The notes beneath the pieces were generated by a model that saw only the letters and a program-made list of their open reading frames with translations, ran no database searches and was not told the DNA's origin. This document shows positions 52,796-64,000 of a stretch of DNA of 64,000 nucleotides, in pieces. Every line of letters begins with the position of its first letter. Position 1 is the first letter of the stretch. The stretch lies in assembly GCF_009914755.1 (NCBI RefSeq), contig NC_060935.1. One strand, 5' to 3'. Position numbers and translations under genes: made by a program. This DNA is from the human T2T-CHM13v2.0 reference genome, Homo sapiens.

Positions 52796-53090
52796 GGTGT
52801 AATCATGCTAACAGAAGAGGAGGTACCGGCTGCCTGTCCACACCCGACTTTATGCCTCAGTGTTGAACAGCAGAGTAGTGGCTGTGATTTGGGGCAGAAG
52901 GGAATGGTGAGTACACACAGCTGTCTGACACTGGAGCAGGCAAGCCCTGCCAAGAAAGTCCTGCCCCTGAGGGCTTTCAAGTAACAGCTAAGATCAGAGC
53001 GTTTTCTTCCTGGCACCACTAGGTCATCAGAGGCCATTTTCATTTTTTATCCCAAGGGGCTTGCCCATGGAGCAGAGCTTGGTGATATAA

Positions 53091-53467
<377 letters not shown>

Positions 53468-53469
53468 AC

Positions 53470-53792
53470 CTTTTTTTTTTTTTTTTTTTTTTTTTTTGAG
53501 ACAGGGTCTCGCTCACACTGTCGCCCAGGCTGGAGTACAGTGGCACAATTGATCATGGCTCACTGCAATCTCCGCTTCCCGAGCTCAAGTGATCCTCCCA
53601 TCTCAGTCCCCCAGGGAGCTGGGACCACAGGTGCACACACACCACCAAAGCTGGCTAATTTTTAAAATTTTTTTACAGATGGAGTCTTGCTATATTGCCC
53701 CAAGCTGGTCTCAAACTCCTGGGCTCAAGTGATCCTCCCACCTCAGCCTCCCAAAGTGCTTTGATTACAGGCATGAGCGTCCGCACCCAGCC
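53470..53792 (-). mobile_element. AluJ-like
   Basis: Poly-T plus dimer. Confidence 0.92.
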
Positions 53793-54749
53793 AGGATTTC
53801 TTCAGGATGCTAGAGTGTGGGCAGCCAGCTCCATCTCTGAGACTTTGACCCTTCCCCAAATCACAATCATTTTATTCCTTCATCAAAGAAAAAAAAGATG
53901 ACTTACTAGACAGTTGTTAAGGCACTCACATAAAACTACACGATAGCAGGATAGATGGTAACCAAGAGGGAACTCAGGACCCGTCACTACCAGCTGGAAA
54001 CACCTGACCTCCAGCCTGCAAATGTGACAAGCTAGACCAACACCAGCAGGACACTGAACACAGCTTGCAGGGATGAGTCTCTGCGTCATTTCTGGACATG
54101 TGTCCAAGTAACCAGAACAACTCAAAATGCCACCAGGCCCTTGCTGTCATTCCCATAAACCTCGAACAGTGAGTTGGGTCTTCAAGGAACCTGTCTCTGT
54201 CAGCTTACCTTATGCTGCATAACAAACAGGCCCAAAGCTCTTGGCAGCGTACATCAAGCATGGAGGATCTCTCACTCACCACGACAGTCCCTTCGCTGGA
54301 GGGCTGGGGTTGTACTCCATTTTCTCTTTTGGAAGGGGCGGCCCCTGTCTGAGGTCTCATTTGTCTCACAGCAGAGGGATGAAACGGCAGGACGCTGGCT
54401 TTGACGGGCTCCATTTGGCAATGGTACATGCCAAGTGGGTCACGTTTCACTGCCCAGAGCAAGTTACATGGCCACGTCTGATATTGATGTGCGGGAAATG
54501 CAGAATCTTCCTGCATTTGGGGAGGCAGATATTTGGACAACATGCAATTCATTACAGGGCCAGCTGGATGAAGAACGGCCAAGGGCCCAGGCTCTTCACC
54601 CCGAGCCAGGCCGAACCAGCCGGGGCCGTGAGATCAAGCCACGGTCATCAGTGTTCGTTTGGAATTATGCCTTGTCCTTGCCGTGTCCACATTGTAGTAG
54701 GGTTTCTGTTTTTTAATTCATCTGAAATTGGTGGTGGGTGTGGTACACA

Positions 54750-55425
54750 GATGAGAAACAGGAACTCTCCACGCTGGGCTTTAACAGGAGCTGCGGTGGG
54801 AACACAAATGGTGCAGCCACTTTGGAAGATAGTTTGGTGGCTCCTTACAAAACTAAATGTACCCTTCACATATGATCCGCCACACACCATCCAGCAATTG
54901 TACCCCTTGGTATTTGCCCAGATGAGTCAAAAACTTGCATCCACACAAAAACTTGCACGTGGATGTTGATAGCAGCTTTATTCATAATTGCCCAAACCTG
55001 GAAGCCTTCAGGAGGTGAGTGGGTAAACAAACTGTGGTGCCTCCGGTCAGCGGAATATTATTCAGTGCTAAAAAGAAATGAGCTCAAGTCATGGAAAGAC
55101 ATGAAAGAACCTTAAGTATTATTAAGTCAAAGAAGCCAATCTGAAAAGGCTGATGCTGTATGAGTTCACATCTATGACATTATAGAAAAGGCAAAACTAC
55201 AAAGACAGTAAAAGGATCAGTGGTTGCAGGAGCTAGGGAGGAGGGAGGGATGAATAGGTGGGGCACAGAGGATTTTTAGGGCAGTGAAACTACCTTGTAT
55301 GATACTGTAATGGTGGACACAGGACAGTAAGCATTTGTCCAAACCCGTAGAATGTACGGCACTGAGAACGGACCCTCCTGTAACCTATGGACTTCAGTTA
55401 ATAATATTGAACCAAAAAATAACTA
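54750..55425 (+). mobile_element. L1 3' end (L1MC/L1MB-like)
   Basis: aaatggtgcagccactttggaagatagtttgg...gcagctttattcataattgcccaaacctggaag...gaaaaggcaaaactac. Confidence 0.85.
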
Positions 55426-58400
55426 ACAATAAAACAGTGCTCTTCAGACACCATTACCTGCTATGTCACCTGCTGGGAGCTGGAGGAGGGGCTTCCTAGC
55501 CCCTCCTGTTTTAAAGGCTAGGCTGGTGCTTGGCTCAGCTCTGTCCCACCCCCCCACACCAACCACCTTTGTATGCACCACAGCCCACTGGAGGGGTTTT
55601 CTGATGTCACCAGTGGAGAAAGCGCCTGCAGCAGGGACTGCTGTCTCTCTATTCATTGCTAAGTCTCTGGTGCCTGGAACAGGGGCTGGCATGCTGGAGC
55701 CTCTTGGAGTGTCCACCCAACCCAGTGCCTCTGCCCTCTGCCTGGATGGCCACAGTGTCCTTCTGGTCCCCTCACCCCCTTCCCTCTTGCTGGCGCTCCT
55801 CCTTCCTCACCCAGCAGCTGAGATGCTTCTACTACTCCCTGCTTCAGTCCCTCCGGGGCTCCCCACTGCTGGCTGACAAAATCCAATCTTTGGCACCAGT
55901 CCATCAGGCCCGGGGAGGTACAGGAGACCAGTAGGACAGGGCAGGGAAGGGGGAGGCCCAGCAGGCACACCCAAAAGACACCCTTACACTGAACCACATG
56001 TACGCCCGTGTGCCGGCCTCACACACACCAGCAGGCCAGGCCCACCAAGGCCCCCTGGCACCAGCAGCCTCCCCTGCCTTATCTCTCCTGCCTCACCCTG
56101 ATCCCCTGGCTCCGACACATTCACCCTTCTCCCTCATCACTTTCATCTGGACTGTCTGTAGGTTAACGGAGCAACTGCCTGTCTTCCCAGCCCAGTCCAG
56201 GGGACAGGATAGTGCAATGGTTTCCAGGCCCGGCCCCAGAGCACCCCAGCCCAACATCCCTCTGCCCTGCCAAGGTCAGGAGTGTGACCTCAGGTGGATT
56301 ACTCCATGCCTCAGTTTCCTCTTCAAACAAGGAAAACAGTGGGACCTGGTTGACGCTGATCCTGCTTAGCATATGCCTGGCACAGAGAAAAGCCATTGCT
56401 GTGTGCCTGGCGGTCCTGGTGTCATCGCTCATATGATGGTTGTGGATCCCCAGTGGAGCTGGAGCGTGACTCCCACACGGCAGACCCATGAGTGTGCTGG
56501 CTGCCAGCCGGTGCCTGTGTTTTCAGCTTGGATGAGGCCTGGGGGCCAGGACGCACGCTCCTATCTGCTCTTTCCCAACAGCATGGGTGAGAAGAGAGCT
56601 TTGCAAACAGTGCCATCAGGTATTATTTCCATGGCTGTCCCCACGTGAGAATCACAGAACACAGTGCTGGAAAAAACCCTGGACGTTTCTCAGCCCAGAT
56701 GGGGAAACCGAGGCCCCCCAGAAGGAAAGGCTAGCTTGCCTGGGTCACATGTGCCCAGAGTCCCACGTGTGACTAGCAGCCCATGGAGGCTGGTGGCCTG
56801 TGCATCCCTGCAGCCAGCTCCTGCCCTGGGGAGAAACTCCTCCTGAGAAATGGCGCTGGGCCTCACCTTCACGTCCCCACAAAGGCCTCACACTGCTTTT
56901 GAGAAAGCTACCCTTGAGTGACAAGAGGGTGCTGGGCAACCACATGTCCTGTGCCCAAGGGCCAGGACTGCAAGAAGCTAAGCAAGGTAGGAGCCCCGCC
57001 GGCCCCAGCTGCAGCAGGAGGCCTGGCAGCAGATGCAGCTGTGGATGATGAGGCCCCAACCCAGCAGATCGGTCACCACAAACAGTTAACTCAGGTTACG
57101 CTGTGCACCCACTAACTGCCTGCCAGGCACCCGGTCCAGCCTCCTCCCAGCCCAAGGCAGAAGGCACTGCCACCCTCCTTTATCTCAGAAGGGAAAAGGC
57201 TTTGTCCTCCTCACACAGGTGAATGTGGAGGTTTCTCCCCTGTGGGAGAGGTTGGAAGGCCGAAGCCAGGTCTACATGGGTCTGGTCCCTCATTACCGTC
57301 AGCTGAGGGTCCCTGTTGCTGAGCCGAAGCAGCGAGACCTGCCACTCTCAGGTCCCGGGGGCATTTCCCGGAGTCTGGCCCCAGCTGGGCCTCGAGGCCA
57401 GGCCCATCACCCTCCCCGCCCAGCCCTTCCAGGCAGCTGGGGGGAGCTCAGTTAATTACATGTCTAAATACATCTCGACCATCTCAAGTTGAGCCCCCCT
57501 TTGTCCCTGCCCCCGGTGGAGGTGGGAGGAGGAAGTCAGCAACTGTCACGTAGGGCCCCGTAAGGGTCCACCAGTTCTTTTCTTCTCCCAGCCCAAGGCA
57601 CCAGCAAAAATACTGCTAGCCGTTCTGTTTTTGCTATTTTACATCACCCTTTCCATTGTAAGCCATAATTTTCAGAGGTTTATAGGTCAGCTATTAAAAT
57701 AATAAACGTCTCTTTTACTAAGAGGGAGCGCTTTGAAACTCGGGGCTGGTAGGGCGGACAGTGGGGGCGCACAGGGGTGCACTCAGCCTCGACTTCTTCC
57801 ACCAAAGCCTGGTTATCAGAAGCCACCCCTCCCCATGTCCTCCTGATTCCAGGGCACCTCCCCCTTGTGCTCCCATTTCTGCCTCCCCTCAGAGGCTTCG
57901 AGGCTGCCCCTCCTCCACTGCAGGTGTGACTAGACCTTGAACACTTTGAGTGTCTTGTGGCAAGACCTAGGGAGACCCTGGCCCACAAAAACAGGAGACC
58001 CTGGTGCAAGGCCTGAAGAAGTCTGGAGGACTGGCTGTGTCTTGGTGGAGCCCTGCTCCACACCCTCCACCTCAGCGCATCCTCAAACTAGCAGGGGCTT
58101 GAGCCCATCAGCAGAGGGGTTGCGGGTGGTTTCCTTGAAACAAGCCTGGGTCTGGGCAGCAAGTCAGGGGCTGTGCTCCCTGCCTCCTGGGGCCACATGA
58201 AGTCCAGGCTTGTCTTTCTGCAGCCCCGCAGGTGAGAGGTGATAAATGCAGGGTGCAGTGCAGGCCGGCCGCCCCTCCTGAGATAAGGGGACTGGAGCAG
58301 GTGGGTGTGGGCCAGGCCCAGCCAGGAGAGAGGCTTCCCCTTTTGGATGGACTGGGGATGCCCACTTTGGGCTGCTCTCTCCTGCGTTCCAGCTCTCCAG

Positions 58401-58478
58401 CTTTTGGGGGTGCAGGAGAAGGGAGCTGGAGGCAGGCACAAGCACAAACAGACTGGAGTTGCAGCATTTTTCGGCCTC

Positions 58479-58484
58479 TTTATT
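58479..58484 (-). terminator. CDKN1C distal polyadenylation signal
   Basis: TTTATT on + (AATAAA on -), followed on the minus strand by a GU-rich element (tctgtttgtgcttgtg). Confidence 0.85.
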
Positions 58485-59002
58485 TAGAACCCGGCGGACG
58501 AGGGGCCGGGGCAGTGGTACAGACGGCTCAGGAACCATTTTAACAGACTTGTCTTCAAGTTTCAGATAAACACAGTCATAATAAGAGAGACAGCGAAAGC
58601 GCGAAGAGACTGCAAGCTAGATGGGCATGTATGGCAGCTACAGCTTGTGAGTGACCCCCTTCCCCAGAGTCCGCGATGAAAATAAAGTTACACTTGTCAA
58701 TAACCAGATGTGGGAGATGGAGAGTGCCTTTGGCATAACCAATAACCGAGCTAGTGCGTGGCAGAGCGGTCCACGCCTGGACATAAATAGAAAATATAAG
58801 TTAGTATAACTTTAAAAACTTTTTGTACAAATATACATGGTTTTTTTATTTTTTCCTTTTTTTTTTCTTTTTTCTTTTTTTTGCACTGAGTTTCAGCAGA
58901 GATTAAACATTTTATATAAATGACTCTTAAAGCTTTACACCTTGGGACCAGTGTACCTTCTCGTGCAGAATACATTTAGATATAAAAAGACGTTATTAAT
59001 AC

Positions 59003-59009
59003 ATTGCAC
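59003..59009 (-). promoter_or_regulatory. miR-25/32/92 family 7mer-m8 site (GTGCAAT)
   Basis: ATTGCAC on +; p57 is an established miR-25/92b target. Confidence 0.8.
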
Positions 59010-59068
59010 AGTTTTCAAAATTTAAAAACAAAACCGAACGCTGCTCTGCGGCAGCCGCCGCCGGTTGC

Positions 59069-59076
59069 TGCTACAT
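59069..59076 (-). promoter_or_regulatory. miR-221/222 8mer site (ATGTAGCA)
   Basis: TGCTACAT on +; p57 is an established miR-221/222 target. Confidence 0.88.
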
Positions 59077-59245
59077 GAACGGTCCCAGCCGAGGCCCAGC
59101 GCCCTTCCAACGTCCGCTGCCCCGGCAGGTTCCCTCGGGGCTCTTTGGGCTCTAAACTGCGAGGAGAGGGGCGGTCAGCAAAGCCGGCGGGGACCCGGCG
59201 GGTCGGCCCTCCGCGCCCCCCCCAGGTGCGCTGTACTCACTTGGC

Positions 59246-59521
<276 letters not shown>

Positions 59522-59801
59522 TTACGTCGCCGCGCAATGTGCTGTGTAAGCATTTCCCCTTGTCCCGCGGCCAAGCCCCCCGGGGCCGCCGCCGCGCTTA
59601 ACCCCCTCCACGCCGTGCTCACGGCGCCCGGCCGCGCCCGGGGAGGGGCTCCCGCGGCCGGGGGCGAAAACTGCGCTCCCGGGGGGTCGCGGCCGGGATT
59701 CAGCCTCCCACCCCGCCCGCGCGAAGCCGCTGGAGGGCACAACAACGGGGCGGGGAGGGGGGTAAGGGCGCAGCCGCGCCCTGAGCGCTGCGGGCCCTTT
59801 A

Positions 59802-60971
<1,170 letters not shown>

Positions 60972-61006
60972 TCAGGCCTGGCCGGCACCCCTCGAGCACA
61001 GCGCAC

Positions 61007-61320
61007 TTGGCCTGTGGAACGCCCAGCCCGCCTGCGCCCCCTTTATACGCGCGGGCCCCACCCCCGTGCGCGCGGGCCCGGCCGCGATTAGCATAATGTA
61101 GTATTTTCAGTTTCAACAACACCACGGCGATTGGCGGCCGCCCCGCTGCCCCGCCCCGCCGCGGCCCGGCCCCCGCGCACCGCCCATTGGCCGCGCGCAC
61201 ACCCACCGGGGGCGGGGCGGGGCGCGCGGCCGGGGCGCGCGGCTGATTGGCGGCCGCGGGGCGAGCGCGCTGTAGCAGGGGAAGGGGGCGGTGAGCGGGG
61301 CGGGGGCGGGAGTTAAAGGG
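61007..61320 (-). promoter_or_regulatory. CDKN1C core promoter: TATAAA 61047-61042, octamer-like ATGCTAAT 61094-61087, three CCAAT boxes, GC boxes
   Basis: Motifs read directly; TSS approximately 61007-61015. Confidence 0.88.
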
Positions 61321-62080
61321 CGCTGCGGGCGGTAACGTGACACCGCGACGCCCCGCCCCCTCGCCCCATCCCCCCTGCAACACTCCCCCACCCCCCCGGC
61401 TCCCGCCCCCCGCCGGCTCCTTTGTCTGCAGGCGGGGGCCTCAGCCCAGCGCGGCAGGGGCCGGCTCCTGGCGGGTCCGGTGTCCGGCCAGGCCCAACTC
61501 GACCCCGGCCCGGTCCGGACCCCGGCGCCCAGCTCCGTCCCGCGCTCGCCCGTGGGCCTCCTGCGCCAGCTGACGAGGCTTGGACCCGCCGCTGCCAGCT
61601 CGGCCCTGGCCTGCGCCGGATGGGGTCTTCGGCTGCCCCCGCGCGGCCTGCTGCTGCTGGGCTGGTGTCCCTTCGAGGGCTCCGCGCGCCTGGAGCCCTC
61701 ACACACCTGCTGGCCCTAAGGCCCTCGAGTCGGGAGGGGGGACAGGGGTCAGCTCCACTCTTTCCCCGAGGGACCATGTGTGGGACACCTTGAGAGACTC
61801 CCACCAGCCCCCTGGAGCTGGAGTCTGAAGCCGCTATCTGCGGAGGCCCACCCTGCCCAGTAGATGGAACAGGGGCTGAGCCCATCATGTCACTGTCGGG
61901 GGTCCCAGCCCTTCTCAGCCTTGGGCCAGACCACTCCAGCCCCGGGATCTGCCTGTCCAGGCTGGCTGGAAGCTGTTGTACTGGGTAAAAGTGAAAGATC
62001 TGCCCGAGGTCATAGGGGAAGGGGCTGTGAAGGACCATGCCCCTCCCCCGCCTGCAGCCCTTCCTGGTACAGACCTCGGT

Positions 62081-62130
62081 CGTGCGCGCACGCACACACA
62101 CACACACACACACACGCACGCACACACACG
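62081..62130. repeat. (CG/CA)n alternating purine-pyrimidine microsatellite
   Basis: cgtgcgcgcacgcacacaca...cgcacgcacacacacg. Confidence 0.95.
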
Positions 62131-63422
62131 GTGCTTCACCCCAGCCAGGCCAGACCAAAAGAGACCATTATTTCCTGCTGCCTCCCTTTTGGCCCACCTA
62201 CCATGAGGCAGGGAGCCCCCTCCTCAAACCAGGAGCCTCCCAGATCGGGATGGGGACTGTCAGACACCTGTTGGAGGGTCCAGCAGCCCATGAGATCTAA
62301 GCCCCTATCTCAGGTGAGCCTGTGAGCCAGCAGAGAGACCTCTGGGAGGGAGGGAAGGTGCGGTCCCCTGAACCCCAACCAGCCTGCCTTTGAGTCCCAA
62401 GACACCCCCACCCCCATGGAATGCTGTGGCAGTGTGCAGCTGCAGCTGGGGGAGCAGGGCGGGTCTTCTGGGTCTCAGGGAAGCGAGATCTGAAGTGAGG
62501 GGGGTGAACTGGATGGGACAGGGCGTTAACCCAGGAGAGGGGCCAGGGCCATTCTTGGCTCTTGATGGTGGAACCAAAAGCCATGATTTATGTGCAATTT
62601 CATATTCTTCTCTGTGCACAATTTACAAATTTCCCGCAACAAGCCCAGATGTCACAATTTTCATCTTAGGAAAACAAAGAGAAGCTGAAGAAGGCTCCCC
62701 AGGCCCTGCGAACCCCTCAAGCAGGGCTCATATCAACTGGCCTGGGGGCAGAAAGAGGCAAAGTCTGGTCTGCTCCATGCCCCTATGCTGCCACCTCCCC
62801 AGAGACTAGGAGCAAAGGGCTAGAGTGGGTAGTGACCTAGAGGCCCCCGGATACCCACACTCCAACCATCAGGACTCATTGGCCTTGGTGACACCACTCA
62901 GAGGGTGTAGCTGCCATCATCCTGTGTTATAGAAGAGCAGCAGAGACCGCGTCAGCCGCTGAGGCCGCACAGCTGGAGGGAAGCAGGGCTCAGAACTCCC
63001 GGGCTGCCTGGCTTTCTGGTTTGGTTTCCACTTAGGTTTCCTACTTTTATTTTTCCACTTTACCAGCTTAATTACAGAGTCAAACCCAGTGCTGTGGGGA
63101 TTCCTCCGTCTTGGCCTCGTTAGAAGCTGAGAGGTGACCTGCTCTAAGTCTGTCACTCTGAATTCGATCAAAGATGGTACCCAATAGCATTTTAAACCTG
63201 CACGTCCCAGGAGCGGGGCTGTGTCCCCCCAGCCCAAGCCAGGGACACACCTGGAGGAAGGCACCCCAGGAGCTGGGGGCTGGGAGTTCCAGGCTCTGAG
63301 AGGAGGCCCAATGGGCCCAGAAGCAAGCAAACATCTGTCTAGGTGCAACAATCAAGCTCTATTTTTGTAATTAAAAATGTATCCAAAGGGAAAAAAGAAA
63401 CAAAATGAACAATATTTGTACT

Positions 63423-63878
63423 CTATGTTGCTGCAGAGAGCAGAACTGCGGAGGGGGTGCTAGTCCCAAGGGGTGGACTGTGCTGTGCTAGTGCCCTAAA
63501 TCCTGCAAGCGCGGGGTTGGGGGGGCGGGGGAGACCGCTGTCGGGGGTCGTGAGTTCCGGGCCCTTGTGTGCATGTTCACGTCCTGTCATTCTTGCCCCC
63601 AGCTGAGAGAGCAGTAGAGGAAAGGCACTACATCCACCAGCCTTTGCATTCTCCTCGGAGCACACAGAAAGACATTTTCCAGTTATCTTGCACACAAGTG
63701 GGCGGCGGGACCCGTTTTGGCCGGGAACGTTGTCAGGAACGCTGTACACCACTTCCAGGCGGTCACGTCCGAGCTGCCCAGGCAGTCCTTCTGCGCCCTC
63801 TGCTGGCCAGATGGAGGCTGCAGACCCTGCGGGGCCATCAGGAGAGAACCACCAAGCACCCTCTGCACACCGCATTGC
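63423..63878 (-). CDS. SLC22A18AS: SLC22A18AS (BWR1B) last exon ORF; coding status doubtful
   Basis: Acceptor acacag|GCAATG at 63879/63878; 151 codons AMRCAEGAWWFSPDG...SAVLLSAAT* match the recalled BWR1B C-terminus; TAG 63425-63423. Confidence 0.8.
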   Translation of the reverse strand, partial: AMRCAEGAWWFSPDGPAGSAASIWPAEGAEGLPGQLGRDRLEVVYSVPDNVPGQNGSRRPLVCKITGKCLSVCSEENAKAGGCSAFPLLLSQLGARMTGREHAHKGPELTTPDSGLPRPPNPALAGFRALAQHSPPLGTSTPSAVLLSAAT

Positions 63879-64000
63879 CTGTGTTGGGCACAAAGAATAA
63901 ACTTTTATTGCATCTTAACCCACTAGAAATGTAGGCTTGTCCATCACAGTGGGGCGTTACATACCCTAATACATAGGGAAGGCATAGGTAGATTTCAGTT

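Larger units (their letters stand above)
58458..59156 (-). other. CDKN1C: CDKN1C last exon (3' UTR)
   Basis: Acceptor ctcgcag|TTTAGAGCCC at 59157/59156; AU-rich; ends ~20 nt past AATAAA. Confidence 0.9.

Noticed and set aside
57755-57772. Possible CTCF motif ggacagtgggggcgc
   Set aside because: Spacing is one base off the consensus; not supportable without ChIP data.

Overview
This window is human (or very closely related primate) genomic DNA from the imprinted 11p15.5 KCNQ1/CDKN1C domain, recognised from the encoded peptides. In order it contains: ~23 kb of the last KCNQ1 intron (the type 2 diabetes association interval); the terminal KCNQ1 exon (23081-~24420, +); an orphan CpG island (~37.5-38.3 kb); the KCNQ1DN CpG island and two-exon transcript with a spliced 68-codon ORF (+); an Alu/MaLR/L1-rich block (47.5-55.4 kb); the complete CDKN1C (p57KIP2) gene (-); and the last exon of SLC22A18AS (-). 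Nearly all other ORFs in the supplied track are GC-rich or repeat artefacts. I cannot demonstrate a wholly new system. The best second-look items are: (i) a dual-coding CDKN1C exon reached by an internal donor, giving a 131-aa product whose stop is the first full codon of the last exon; (ii) the PAPA domain is written in GGGGCC hexamers, with poly-PR and poly-GR in alternative frames; (iii) a trimeric Alu inside one perfect 17-bp TSD; (iv) several homeodomain/POU/E-box-dense non-repeat islands that are candidate CDKN1C enhancers. rsIDs, transcript names and repeat subfamilies are from memory or by eye and need database confirmation.
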